A DNA stretch of 63,772 nt, filler included, from Lama guanicoe (lineage: Eukaryota), in the NCBI GenBank assembly GCA_013239625.1. It is 193 parts of 193 records of this genome, joined end to end, with 100 filler letters (N's around TTAATTAATTAA, not from the genome) between each part and the next. Parts side by side here need not be neighbours in the genome. Positions count along the whole stretch, not along the records: positions 35,411 to 35,641 come from PNXV01043938.1; positions 35,742 to 35,972 come from PNXV01043939.1; positions 36,073 to 36,303 come from PNXV01043940.1; positions 36,404 to 36,634 come from PNXV01043941.1; positions 36,735 to 36,965 come from PNXV01043942.1; positions 37,066 to 37,296 come from PNXV01043943.1; positions 37,397 to 37,627 come from PNXV01043944.1; positions 37,728 to 37,956 come from PNXV01043945.1; 185 more parts are not named here. One strand, 5' to 3'. Position 1 is the stretch's first letter. The number at the start of each line of letters is the position of its first letter. Below are positions 35,571 to 48,879 of this stretch, piece by piece. The translations under genes and the position numbers were made by a program. The notes under the pieces are model-generated. The model was not told the origin of the DNA, searched no databases, and saw nothing but the letters and a program-made list of their open reading frames with translations.

Positions 35571-36495
35571 TTTGAGGAGACTATGGATGAAAAGATCTTT
35601 GAGGCAGGTCAAACAAAGCAAATAAAATGTACCCTATACATNNNNNNNNNNNNNNNNNNNNNNNNNNNNNNNNNNNNNNNNNNNNTTAATTAATTAANNN
35701 NNNNNNNNNNNNNNNNNNNNNNNNNNNNNNNNNNNNNNNNNGGAACAGAGGATATTTTGTTCACAGGATAACTAACACTCTAATGCCATTTTTAAAATGA
35801 GATTTTTTTTTTTTTGGTCTTACTCTTTTTTAAAAGTTTGCTACACAGACTTTGAAATTAAACCTAACATTCAACATGGCCATCAACATGCCACTCAAAG
35901 TCGTCAGCAGCAAGTCAGTCTTAACCGTTTACTCATACCATTTGTAAACAAACTGTACATTACGGTAAGGTANNNNNNNNNNNNNNNNNNNNNNNNNNNN
36001 NNNNNNNNNNNNNNNNTTAATTAATTAANNNNNNNNNNNNNNNNNNNNNNNNNNNNNNNNNNNNNNNNNNNNCAAACAAATCCTTCCACAGGACGCGCAT
36101 CCTGGGCACCCAGCCCAGGCCTGGAGTGTTCTCTCTCCCCAGCTCGGGAAGCAGGAGACGAGAGCAGTCCCCACCTCACTCCTTTTCCTGGCTTCCACGA
36201 CCCCTCGCCCCCCAGGATGTTTGAACTCTTGCTGCTTATGGGGCTGGGGATGCACTTAATTGAACCTACTTCTCTTAGAGACTTGCCGCGCAGCCTGGTG
36301 CCCNNNNNNNNNNNNNNNNNNNNNNNNNNNNNNNNNNNNNNNNNNNNTTAATTAATTAANNNNNNNNNNNNNNNNNNNNNNNNNNNNNNNNNNNNNNNNN
36401 NNNACAGAGCAGAATGGAGAAAAGGGTGAAAACATGGAAAAATCTTAGTATCTCGTGTTTCTTCTTCACCACTTCACTGACTACACCTCACATAG

Positions 36496-36549
36496 GTTCT
36501 ACTGAATGTTTATCATGAACTTAGAAAATTCGCGAGACTGGCACGTGAG
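36496..36549 (+). CDS. complete 54-nt phase 0-0 exon, unidentified (VLLNVYHELRKFARLARE)
   Basis: Pyrimidine tract, branch-like CACTGAC (36475-36481), CATAG| acceptor, GAG|GTAAGA donor; other two frames have stops; CpGs concentrated in the exon. Confidence 0.6.
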
Positions 36550-37065
36550 GTAAGAAAAAAAAAAGAAGCTGCATTTATTTATGGAAAAATCTACCGTGGT
36601 CCAAGCAGTGTACTTGGTGTTTTTCATATGTTCTNNNNNNNNNNNNNNNNNNNNNNNNNNNNNNNNNNNNNNNNNNNNTTAATTAATTAANNNNNNNNNN
36701 NNNNNNNNNNNNNNNNNNNNNNNNNNNNNNNNNNCCCCACCGCATCTTATGTTTGGCTGTTAGTGCCTCCTCCCTCCCCTGACACGAAAGGCAGCTCAGG
36801 ACACAAAGAACTTTCCTTGTGCCTCTCCTCACTACTCCTCGTCCCTGGTACCGGAACACCTCCCAGGAAATGAGTAACTAACCAGCTACTAGGTAAGGAT
36901 TTATGCAGCCACACACAGTGCAACCACCAAACTGCATCTCCTGACAACATTTCCCGACAGCCCACNNNNNNNNNNNNNNNNNNNNNNNNNNNNNNNNNNN
37001 NNNNNNNNNTTAATTAATTAANNNNNNNNNNNNNNNNNNNNNNNNNNNNNNNNNNNNNNNNNNNN

Positions 37066-37296
37066 CTTGGAGCAGCTAGAACTCTCTTACACTGGTTGAT
37101 GTATAAATTTTTACAACCACTTGGGAAAAACAGATTGACAGCATCTGCCAAAGGAGAATATAAGCACCCAGTCATTCTTTTCAATAGAAATATATTCTTA
37201 TGTGCACTGAGAGATACGAACAAGCTTGTCCATAGCAACGCTATCGTTAACTGCCCCGACTTGGAAACCATCGAAATGTCTATCAACTTTAAAAGG
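37066..37296 (+). mobile_element. L1ME-like 3' fragment
   Basis: GGAGCAGCTAGAACTCTCTTACACTG..TACAACCACTTGGGAAAAC..TTGGAAAC..AAATGTCTATCAAC. Confidence 0.75.
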
Positions 37297-40200
37297 NNNN
37301 NNNNNNNNNNNNNNNNNNNNNNNNNNNNNNNNNNNNNNNNTTAATTAATTAANNNNNNNNNNNNNNNNNNNNNNNNNNNNNNNNNNNNNNNNNNNNGACC
37401 TTGAGCTGGGGACACATGGCTTCTTCTGCTCTTGAGAAGCCTACCAGATAAGCCATTGCTAACCCCCCAGTCTTAGTGGGTCTAGGCTACCCAGCAGGCA
37501 TGAAGGCAGCTGGGAAGCAGATTCTCCATAGGATTCTAAAGACTCACATTGAACAGAGGTAATCAAGCCAAAGGCAACGACCTTAAGATAGGCTTTTGCA
37601 ACAAGAGCTCGCTGAGATAATTCCAAANNNNNNNNNNNNNNNNNNNNNNNNNNNNNNNNNNNNNNNNNNNNTTAATTAATTAANNNNNNNNNNNNNNNNN
37701 NNNNNNNNNNNNNNNNNNNNNNNNNNNGCAGGAACTTCAAACTGGCACTAGGAAACAGACTGAGAAACCACAGTAATTGTTTCTCCTGTAACCCATTCAA
37801 TATGTGCTAGGTGAACGAACTTCTCACCACATGCTCAGGTCTGAGAGACAACTGCGTGTGAAAGCCGTCCTTCACCTAGCTTGAAGTGAACACAAAGTTT
37901 TTTATATGATGCCAACTCCACTCCATCCATATATATGGGGAGGTACAAGCTCCAACNNNNNNNNNNNNNNNNNNNNNNNNNNNNNNNNNNNNNNNNNNNN
38001 TTAATTAATTAANNNNNNNNNNNNNNNNNNNNNNNNNNNNNNNNNNNNNNNNNNNNGAAATTATTCTACTTAAGAGATTAGAATGTGAGCACAAAGATTA
38101 GGCACGTGGCATTTAGGTGTGCCCTGGGAACCTGGAAGGAAGAGTACAAAATACATGGAAGCAAGTAGAGATGAGTCTGGAAAGAAATTCTGAACAATAT
38201 CTAGGAAAATAATACTTACCTACTGTTGAATACTGATTTAGGCTTACCTATCAGAATTTCCTTTCTGCAGAGCAGGAAACTGCTGGTNNNNNNNNNNNNN
38301 NNNNNNNNNNNNNNNNNNNNNNNNNNNNNNNTTAATTAATTAANNNNNNNNNNNNNNNNNNNNNNNNNNNNNNNNNNNNNNNNNNNNCTCAAGTGAAGTG
38401 TCAAGAGCATTGGACAGGTAAGCACCTTGGTGGGTGTCTACACATTTTTACGCCTATCTTTTCCTGGCAATCATCTTGAATAATTGGCTGACAACTCAAA
38501 TTCTCTTGAGCTAGGAATGGAAAGTTGCTGGTTACTCTTTTTTCTTTTTACTCCTAGAATCAGTCAATTAAAAAAATTGATTGAGAAAGATTTCAGACAG
38601 ATCATAGTCATTATTTTTNNNNNNNNNNNNNNNNNNNNNNNNNNNNNNNNNNNNNNNNNNNNTTAATTAATTAANNNNNNNNNNNNNNNNNNNNNNNNNN
38701 NNNNNNNNNNNNNNNNNNCCAACAGTTACTGCTCAAAAATATAGTTTAACTAAAAGATTGATTTTGAATTTCATACAAAGAAAGTAACATCTGAAAAGTT
38801 CTTCACTCTTTTTCTTCCTCACGGGTGACTTGATTTCTTTTCTATCTCATTAAAAGGACGATCCATGTCTTTCTGAGGTCTTCATCGATCATGCAAGGAA
38901 TCATTCGTTCTGAAGGATGAATTATGCTAAAAACCCCACCAGTTGTATCNNNNNNNNNNNNNNNNNNNNNNNNNNNNNNNNNNNNNNNNNNNNTTAATTA
39001 ATTAANNNNNNNNNNNNNNNNNNNNNNNNNNNNNNNNNNNNNNNNNNNNAGCTGAGACAGCTGCTGAGAGCGCACAGCGCCCTGACCTCACTGCCTCCAC
39101 CCTGTCTGTTCACCGTGGCTAATTTAGGTCCTCTAAACATTGAATGCAGGCCTGGGTGACCTGGCTGTGAATACGGCGCCGTCCCCCAGAACCGGGCCCT
39201 GCTGGGGCCCAGCTCACCCAGTGGTGAGACGTCCTGCCCCACAATCCCAATTCCCCAGCAGACGGGCGGGCAGGCAGGGCNNNNNNNNNNNNNNNNNNNN
39301 NNNNNNNNNNNNNNNNNNNNNNNNTTAATTAATTAANNNNNNNNNNNNNNNNNNNNNNNNNNNNNNNNNNNNNNNNNNNNACATCAACATGACGCCTGAG
39401 TGGGATGGGGAAGCTGATCTTCCTTATCAGACATTTATGCTCATTTGTTAGATGCCAACACAGTTTCCTCGTTGGATTTGCTTCTATAATTATGAAACAG
39501 TTTAGGCTTTACCAAAAGCAGACTAAACATTTTCCCCTGTCATCAAATCTCTGGACTGAATATCCCCACAAGAGGGACATGATTATATTTCACAGGAAAC
39601 TCTTCCTGAGANNNNNNNNNNNNNNNNNNNNNNNNNNNNNNNNNNNNNNNNNNNNTTAATTAATTAANNNNNNNNNNNNNNNNNNNNNNNNNNNNNNNNN
39701 NNNNNNNNNNNGAGGAAAAAAGAATAAATGCTGTAGCAAGTATTTCATCTGTAAACTCAAAGCATCATATGGGTGTATTAAGTGTGCATTTTCACTTTGG
39801 TGAATTTCAAAAAGAGAATTAGAAATAAGGCAACTGTCTCCTCAGAACTGCAATGCAATTTGTGATGTTTCTGGACTCATAATAATTGTTTTGTTTTTCT
39901 TTTCTCTCTCTCTTTTTAATAGGAGCATGATACAGGTTTACANNNNNNNNNNNNNNNNNNNNNNNNNNNNNNNNNNNNNNNNNNNNTTAATTAATTAANN
40001 NNNNNNNNNNNNNNNNNNNNNNNNNNNNNNNNNNNNNNNNNNTTCTAGGTGACTTGGAAGACATCCTGGGTGAGCCTCAAAGGAATCCCTGGGCAGATAT
40101 CAAGACGGATACAGTGCAACTTGAGGCAAGGTAGAGCCTGGTCTCCCAGGGACAAAGGAGGTCAAAGCCTGCATAGAACTAGTAACTGTAGCATTGGGTA

Positions 40201-42704
40201 AAGTAAGAGGCAGGGTTAAGAAGGTTCTGAAATGTGCACTAGAAGCATCTGATTCAGGAGATGATTTGCTGAGNNNNNNNNNNNNNNNNNNNNNNNNNNN
40301 NNNNNNNNNNNNNNNNNTTAATTAATTAANNNNNNNNNNNNNNNNNNNNNNNNNNNNNNNNNNNNNNNNNNNNATGATTTTCTATGGATCAATTCAGACA
40401 GGGCAAGAAACATTAAGCAGATCCCCCTACATATGTCAATAGTTAGGTATCCAATACTATCCCGGGGAAAAAAGTATCACCAGTGGCACAGGAGGATACT
40501 GTAAGAATAATATTCCCTGGAGACCTCACGTTGCGTCTTCTGGACCTGCCTGGGTTTGCTTTCTTGACCCCTGGGCAGTATCTCCTCACCACAATCACCT
40601 TTTCNNNNNNNNNNNNNNNNNNNNNNNNNNNNNNNNNNNNNNNNNNNNTTAATTAATTAANNNNNNNNNNNNNNNNNNNNNNNNNNNNNNNNNNNNNNNN
40701 NNNNGGTGTGGCAGCTGTGGAGGTGGAATAAGGGGGGCTACCCTGTGAGAGCCAGGGGATTTGTTCCCACCTTCCCTGTGGCCTGGCCTGGGGGCGGCCT
40801 CTGCTGCCCCAGGTTCACTGGAGGCACATCCCCAGGTGGGCCAGCTCCTTGGGAGCCTTGTGCGGTGTGGTCAATGGGCAATGGTGGCTGTGGCTGGAGG
40901 GGATGCTGCCCGGTGTGAACCCCTGGATTTGTCTCNNNNNNNNNNNNNNNNNNNNNNNNNNNNNNNNNNNNNNNNNNNNTTAATTAATTAANNNNNNNNN
41001 NNNNNNNNNNNNNNNNNNNNNNNNNNNNNNNNNNNGAAAACAGTGACAGCAGAGCATTAAACCTAGTGCGAGGCCATTCTGAGCGTGAGGCCCGGTGTAG
41101 TGAATGAGTAGCATGGCGGTGAACCCAAAATAACCCCGCTCAGGAGTCACATGTTGGGGAAGAATGTTTCATTTCTTACAGGACACAGAGATTTTTTATA
41201 GAAATAACAAGCATGCCGTCTGAACCCAAACTGTAAGGCACTGGCTGACAAGCAGTTATGAGAATCNNNNNNNNNNNNNNNNNNNNNNNNNNNNNNNNNN
41301 NNNNNNNNNNTTAATTAATTAANNNNNNNNNNNNNNNNNNNNNNNNNNNNNNNNNNNNNNNNNNNNCACTACCTAATATCAGTATTTTTCTTGAGTGACT
41401 CAGCACTTTCCATGCTTGATCTCCTGTCTGAACTACTGCAAACTCCCAGCATCCTCTCCGCTCCTCCTCTTCCCCTTGAGCCTGCCCCTCCCAGCGGCTC
41501 CTGCCAGAGACTTGGCCAGGATCTCTGACCTGCCACAGCGCCTGCACGGAGTCCGCAGCCTGGCTCCTCACTCACTTTCCGGCCTCTTTGCACTAGANNN
41601 NNNNNNNNNNNNNNNNNNNNNNNNNNNNNNNNNNNNNNNNNTTAATTAATTAANNNNNNNNNNNNNNNNNNNNNNNNNNNNNNNNNNNNNNNNNNNNAAT
41701 TAAGGGTTCAACATATGAATTTGGAGAGTGGGGAAACAAGCAACCACTTTACAGCAGCCCCTCACCCTACAGGACCAGCCTGCAATGGACCAATTCAGCA
41801 CTCCAGTGGGCATCGTCCTCTCTTCGTTCCCCCCCCAACCCCGACCCCCAAGCCTCCAGCAGATTGCCAGTGCTCCGGCGCCTCCCCTGTCTGCCCACTG
41901 CTGTGGGTCTCCAACACGACGGCTTCTCNNNNNNNNNNNNNNNNNNNNNNNNNNNNNNNNNNNNNNNNNNNNTTAATTAATTAANNNNNNNNNNNNNNNN
42001 NNNNNNNNNNNNNNNNNNNNNNNNNNNNGTCTTCAAGTATTTTTAGTGTCTTTATTATAAGCATGGTTTTGTCCCAGATGTGTGGCCCTGATGATATCAT
42101 GTATTTGAAACTGAAAAAAACCCCTGTTTTTTCTCTTTTGGGCATTGCCTACATATTAGCTTTTCCAGGTGCCAAATTCCTATTTGTAGCCATCGCTATG
42201 GCAGAAAACTAGGTAGTTGAGAAAGTCGAGAACTCCAGCTTCTGGCGTGTTCTTGATTTNNNNNNNNNNNNNNNNNNNNNNNNNNNNNNNNNNNNNNNNN
42301 NNNTTAATTAATTAANNNNNNNNNNNNNNNNNNNNNNNNNNNNNNNNNNNNNNNNNNNNTGCAGCCCATTTCCTCTGAGTATAAACTCCTTGAATGTATG
42401 GACTAGACGGGCTCATGTGCATTGTCTAACATGGTTAAAGCCAATGTGTGGACACAAAGCGAAGTCAGATATTTTTAAAATAAACAATTAGCTGGGGAGT
42501 GAACAGGAGGAAGAAAACGACTGTTTTAGAAGAAACACTCCCTTTTCTACACCTCTCCAGCACTCTGTCATCCACTTAGTGTTTCTGTATNNNNNNNNNN
42601 NNNNNNNNNNNNNNNNNNNNNNNNNNNNNNNNNNTTAATTAATTAANNNNNNNNNNNNNNNNNNNNNNNNNNNNNNNNNNNNNNNNNNNNAAAAAGAAAA
42701 GAAA

Positions 42705-42840
42705 TCTATATTTTCTTGTTCCCCCTCCCAACTTTAAGGATTTTGATGTCCTCTTTTACATCTTCATGTTTACTCTGTTGTAATTCATTGTAGTTATAAC
42801 CTTTCCAATCATGGTTTTCCCCTTTCTGTAGCATCCTGCA
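42705..42840 (-). mobile_element. L1 internal (inter-ORF) fragment
   Basis: CTATATTTTCTTGTTCCCCCTCCC..ATTTTGATGTCCTCTTTTACATCTTCATGTTTA. Confidence 0.6.
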
Positions 42841-43021
42841 TAAATGTAAGGAAGATGAGAAAATGGAATAGTTTTCTCTAAGTACTAATATAACTGGAAA
42901 GAAATACAAAGGCTTAAAATANNNNNNNNNNNNNNNNNNNNNNNNNNNNNNNNNNNNNNNNNNNNTTAATTAATTAANNNNNNNNNNNNNNNNNNNNNNN
43001 NNNNNNNNNNNNNNNNNNNNN

Positions 43022-43115
43022 CCTGGGTTCAATCCCCAGTACCTCCCCCCCAAATAAATAAACCTAATTACCTTCCTCCTTGCCAAAATAAAATAAATAA
43101 TACAAATTTTTAAAA
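43022..43115 (+). mobile_element. Vic-1-type SINE 3' half, adjoining an old antisense L1 ORF1 piece (43116-43252)
   Basis: CCTGGGTTCAATCCCCAGTACCTCC..AATAAATAAACCTAATTACC. Confidence 0.9.
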
Positions 43116-44345
43116 ACTGAATAATTTCTATTATCCTATCTTTACATTTGCTGGTTCTGTCTTCTGTCTGCTGAAATCTGCTTTTGAATCCCTCTGGTCA
43201 AATTTTCATTCAGGTATACTCATCAACCCCAGCAATGCTTTTTGTTTCTTTTNNNNNNNNNNNNNNNNNNNNNNNNNNNNNNNNNNNNNNNNNNNNTTAA
43301 TTAATTAANNNNNNNNNNNNNNNNNNNNNNNNNNNNNNNNNNNNNNNNNNNNACGCACGCACGCACGTACATAGGTGCGAACGAGTCCGGGGTTTGAGGG
43401 TAGAGTACAGAACACACTCCCGTGGAGAGCTTCCCAGAAAGGGTCCGCTGAACAAATGGCCCTCACCAAGGTCATGTATCTGTGTGGATGGAGACACTGA
43501 GCTCTGCACCTGTCCCATGGACTTCAAACCCGCACGCATACGCGCACATCCTCAACCCCCCCCCCCACACACACACACCGCCCNNNNNNNNNNNNNNNNN
43601 NNNNNNNNNNNNNNNNNNNNNNNNNNNTTAATTAATTAANNNNNNNNNNNNNNNNNNNNNNNNNNNNNNNNNNNNNNNNNNNNTACATTAATTTTACCAA
43701 ATCTTTAAATACATTGTTTAAAATATTCCTGAACATTAAATAGAAGAAAGCTTCTATATTATTCAGGATGTTGCACCAACAAACATTTCAGTAATGTCAG
43801 TTGTTTAGCATAGAAAAGTTTACTTGTCAGTCAGATTAAATCTGATGAGGGGATAGGTGAGGTTTTCAGTCAGCCTTTTAAAAAAAATTACAGTTGATTT
43901 ACAATGTTTTGTTANNNNNNNNNNNNNNNNNNNNNNNNNNNNNNNNNNNNNNNNNNNNTTAATTAATTAANNNNNNNNNNNNNNNNNNNNNNNNNNNNNN
44001 NNNNNNNNNNNNNNGGTCAACCTCCACATCCAGCCAGCTTCCCTCCTTGCTCTATAAATTCTATCATTTGAGCAGCTCCTGTGGCTCTCTCTCCCTCCCT
44101 CTCTGTTCCTATTCCCTTAGTCGGGTCCCCCATCGTTTATTGCCTGTACGGTTAGACTGCTCTCTTTACCGGTCTCCTGCTCACTGGCCCCTCTGCGATC
44201 CACTCTCCCCTCTGCTGTCAGTCATTTTCATGAAATGTAGATCTGNNNNNNNNNNNNNNNNNNNNNNNNNNNNNNNNNNNNNNNNNNNNTTAATTAATTA
44301 ANNNNNNNNNNNNNNNNNNNNNNNNNNNNNNNNNNNNNNNNNNNN

Positions 44346-44576
44346 GCTCCCAAAAATGATATAAAGATTTAATGCAATTCCTATCAAAATCCCACTAAAA
44401 TTTTTTTTTGTATACTGAAGAATTGCTCAGGTTTATATAAAAATTCAAAGAAACTAAAATAGCTAAAACAATTCTGAAAAAGAAGAAGGAATAACTCATC
44501 TGATTTTAAAACATATTCAAGATTTGAAGATACTAACTACTATATGTAAAATAGATAAACAAGTTTCTACTGTACA
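44346..44576 (+). mobile_element. L1 ORF2 fragment followed by L1 3' UTR piece
   Basis: AGATTTAATGCAATTCCTATCAAAATCCCA..AATAGCTAAAACAAT, then GATACTAACTACTATATGTAAAATAGATAAACAAG. Confidence 0.85.
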
Positions 44577-44710
44577 NNNNNNNNNNNNNNNNNNNNNNNN
44601 NNNNNNNNNNNNNNNNNNNNTTAATTAATTAANNNNNNNNNNNNNNNNNNNNNNNNNNNNNNNNNNNNNNNNNNNNCCTTTACTGTGGAGCAGGGTGCAC
44701 AGGCTTCAGT

Positions 44711-44737
44711 GGCGGTGGCGGTGGCGGTGGCGGTGGC
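44711..44737 (+). repeat. (GGCGGT)4.5 hexamer microsatellite
   Basis: Read directly from sequence. Confidence 0.9.
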
Positions 44738-46662
44738 AGCAAACAGTTCTGTCCACCTTATACAGCAAAGCACACCACCTTATACAACAAAGCTGGCATC
44801 CCGCTAATTACGTGAACCACGTGGCCTAACCGTTGCACTCGTGCAGCCCAAGTCATCCTTACATAACAATACAGGGGTACTGTGCACGTGGGACAATATT
44901 GCTCAGTNNNNNNNNNNNNNNNNNNNNNNNNNNNNNNNNNNNNNNNNNNNNTTAATTAATTAANNNNNNNNNNNNNNNNNNNNNNNNNNNNNNNNNNNNN
45001 NNNNNNNGTTATTGAAAAACTGGAGTGCAGAATTCCAACCAATGTGATGTTATGATGTATGAATCAAATAACCTCTCCTTGTCTTTAATGAGCAAAAGGC
45101 CAGCAAATGTTTAACTGTAGAATAATAAGAGGAACGACCTTAAGGAAGGGAAGGTCAGTAAAGAGTTGGACCAGGTTCAGAAGGCTCCTTGTGGGTGAGC
45201 GGTGAGCAAGGAGGAAACCCAGTGGAGCCTCTCATCTTNNNNNNNNNNNNNNNNNNNNNNNNNNNNNNNNNNNNNNNNNNNNTTAATTAATTAANNNNNN
45301 NNNNNNNNNNNNNNNNNNNNNNNNNNNNNNNNNNNNNNCATTATCAATGTGAATAACCAGGCAGAGGACCTTTTCTCCTTATCCCTCGGGTACTTCTTGC
45401 AGGCTACCCTCCTTGCACAGCTTCTGTGTCCAGTTCAGACTGGATTATTAAGTTCATTTTGCCAGTGGGGAAACTAAGATACAGAGAGTGGTAGAAAATC
45501 ATCTATATGAATGGATACATAGTTTCAGATTCCTGGTTCTAGCCTCCGTCCCCTAGATCAATGGTTTCCNNNNNNNNNNNNNNNNNNNNNNNNNNNNNNN
45601 NNNNNNNNNNNNNTTAATTAATTAANNNNNNNNNNNNNNNNNNNNNNNNNNNNNNNNNNNNNNNNNNNNTATTTTAGAAATAACAATATTGCATTTTTTC
45701 ATGTTACAGATTTTTTTTGGACTCTTAATTTCTTTTTCTTTCTATCATTTCCTGTTTCCACTAATCATTTTGTCTCCTTTCCCTTTGCACTTCCCCCTCA
45801 TGTCTTATGGCCATTTTCCTGATCATCAGTAGATCCTCCAGAAGGCAGGTGGGGGAAGGGAGAGGAAATTAATCTCATTCACAGCATTGCAAGACTTTAC
45901 NNNNNNNNNNNNNNNNNNNNNNNNNNNNNNNNNNNNNNNNNNNNTTAATTAATTAANNNNNNNNNNNNNNNNNNNNNNNNNNNNNNNNNNNNNNNNNNNN
46001 GAAACTTCACGCTGACACGCCTTAGGACGGGCCCTCATTCATCCGTCTCCGGCCCGGGGAGCGTCCCCGCGCACAGGCGGCGGGGCTTTGGGCGCCGCGA
46101 AGTGTTTCAGAAAATTCCGCTTTGATGGTCCGTCTTGGTTCTCTCTATTTTTGGCCTGAGGCTTTCTAGGCCTCCCGGATCACTCTTGCCGTCTGCTCTG
46201 TCCCCCTCTCCTACTTGTTTTTTTAAGTTCCNNNNNNNNNNNNNNNNNNNNNNNNNNNNNNNNNNNNNNNNNNNNTTAATTAATTAANNNNNNNNNNNNN
46301 NNNNNNNNNNNNNNNNNNNNNNNNNNNNNNNTGAATCAAAAGTAGAAATAAAGAGATTATGAGTACTTTAATAAAAGACAGGTTATATAAAACTTTGAGA
46401 CTTCAAATTTAATATTCTCTACTGTAACCTCTTTTAACTTAGTCTTTCAGAAAACCTGGATTGGTCAAAAGGTAACTTTGACCCATGACATACTCGAAGA
46501 ACAGGTCGAGCAGTTCTAAGTGTATGTGCACAGAGCCAAAACTCTGGATTTATGACAGCTACNNNNNNNNNNNNNNNNNNNNNNNNNNNNNNNNNNNNNN
46601 NNNNNNTTAATTAATTAANNNNNNNNNNNNNNNNNNNNNNNNNNNNNNNNNNNNNNNNNNNN

Positions 46663-46893
46663 TTTAGGGTTTTCTATATATAGTAACATGTCATTGGCAT
46701 ATAGTGACACATCTACCACTTCTTTTCCACTTTGAATCCCTTTTATTTCTCTCTCATGTCTGATTGCTGTGGCTAGGACTCCCAAGACTGTGTTGAATAG
46801 GAGTGGTGAGATTGGGCATCCTTGTCTTGTCCCAGGTTTTAGTAGGAAGCTTTTGAGTTTTTCACCATTGAGCACTATGCTGGCTGTAGGTTT
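46663..46893 (-). mobile_element. L1 ORF2 reverse-transcriptase core fragment
   Basis: Open across the contig: [53 protein letters not shown]; QGCPxSP motif present, catalytic [Y/F]ADD reads YAND. Confidence 0.97.
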
Positions 46894-48648
46894 NNNNNNN
46901 NNNNNNNNNNNNNNNNNNNNNNNNNNNNNNNNNNNNNTTAATTAATTAANNNNNNNNNNNNNNNNNNNNNNNNNNNNNNNNNNNNNNNNNNNNACTCGAT
47001 GGGCAGGGCCCAGGCAGCGCCTCTCCCCTGGGGCGGGCTCACCTTCCCCAGGGGCTCAGGCAGAACCTCCCTGGGAGGTGGATCTGAGCTGGGGGTGTGT
47101 GGACCCTCGCTCCCACCTGCGTCTCCAGGCGGCCTCAGCAGGGCTGGCTTTCTGCTCAGTCCTGCCCGACGTCCGAGCTGGGTGTGGCTGCTGCTTTTTT
47201 CTAGAGCACTGTTTTCCTGGCAAANNNNNNNNNNNNNNNNNNNNNNNNNNNNNNNNNNNNNNNNNNNNTTAATTAATTAANNNNNNNNNNNNNNNNNNNN
47301 NNNNNNNNNNNNNNNNNNNNNNNNGAATAACTTTTTGTTATTTCTCGTGAGTCTGTGGGTTGGCTAGGTGGTTCTGCTGATCTGGCCTCACCTATGGTCA
47401 CCCATGGTCATGAAGAGCCAGGTGAGTGGGAGTGGCTGGTCAAGGATGGCCTCGGACGGGGCCTCACTTCTCCTCCATGTCTCCCACACCCTTCTATGAG
47501 GCTCAATGGGCATGTTTTCCCAGCAGTGGGTCCAGGAGAGAAAGAAATTCACAAGNNNNNNNNNNNNNNNNNNNNNNNNNNNNNNNNNNNNNNNNNNNNT
47601 TAATTAATTAANNNNNNNNNNNNNNNNNNNNNNNNNNNNNNNNNNNNNNNNNNNNTGAACCCTGGAAGAATATTTTCCATTTCCTGGAAACATTTTCTCT
47701 GCCAATGAATTTTTGTGTTTCTTTTGCCAGGAAACAAAAAGATGCACACTTTAAGTTTTTCTTTAGTGCCAGGACACGTTGGGGACCAATTTCGTGCCCA
47801 GATGTAGTAATTGGAGTCCTCCAATGTTAGCCATTCATTTGTACTCTTCCCTGATCCACTCCTGAGCATCTTGTGGTAGCTTTTTCNNNNNNNNNNNNNN
47901 NNNNNNNNNNNNNNNNNNNNNNNNNNNNNNTTAATTAATTAANNNNNNNNNNNNNNNNNNNNNNNNNNNNNNNNNNNNNNNNNNNNTGTGAGCGGGCAGG
48001 AGGTGGCAGGAGAGAGCCAGGAACTACCGCAGGGCCGTCCTAGCCGCTCTGGTGGGGAGAAAACGGGACCGGGGTCAGAGCTGGCCCTTGGGGGAGGAGC
48101 AGGGAGAGGGGTGCAGTCGAACATCACCCCGGAGCGGGGGAACCAGGAGAGTCTGGAGATACTGCGTCTCGCAGCCAGTCCCCAGGCCCAGAAACAACCT
48201 AACGGGGCAGCGAGAGGNNNNNNNNNNNNNNNNNNNNNNNNNNNNNNNNNNNNNNNNNNNNTTAATTAATTAANNNNNNNNNNNNNNNNNNNNNNNNNNN
48301 NNNNNNNNNNNNNNNNNCACCCCTCCAGCCCCCGATGCTGCTCCCTCACACCTGTGCAGCCCCCCCACCTGGAACTGCCTCCCAGGCTCATTCGCCTGCC
48401 AATCCGCCTACTCGTCTGTCAAGAGATAACTCAAAGGTTGCCTCCTCTGTGAAGCCTTTCCTGATACACACCCCAGTCTCTCCCGCCAGAGAAATCCACC
48501 ACCTCTCCTCTAGGTAGCCCTCGCTGTGCCCTGGCAAAGGAACTAGCTNNNNNNNNNNNNNNNNNNNNNNNNNNNNNNNNNNNNNNNNNNNNTTAATTAA
48601 TTAANNNNNNNNNNNNNNNNNNNNNNNNNNNNNNNNNNNNNNNNNNNN

Positions 48649-48879
48649 TCTCAAGGGAATATCAAATATGGTAGCTCAAAGACAGAGCACTTCAGTTCAT
48701 TTGCTCCAAAACATGAAGTTCTTTCTGAGTTTGTTATCTCAATAAATGATACCATAATTTGTCCAGCTGTGCCAAAAAAAGATATCCTTGACAATTTCCT
48801 CTCCTTCACTTCCATGCCATCCATCACTAAACCCTGTCAGTCAGTTGAACATCCTAAATATCCTATAAATTCATCAACT
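48649..48879 (+). mobile_element. LINE-2 fragment (similar L2 pieces at 44015-44245, 49973-50203 and antisense 61888-62118)
   Basis: ATCTCAATAAATGATACCA..CATCCATCACTAAACCCTGTCAG..CCTAAATATC resembles L2. Confidence 0.65.

Noticed and set aside
46663..46893. Novel or active reverse transcriptase system
   Set aside because: Ordinary L1 ORF2 fragment, with the catalytic motif reading YAND.
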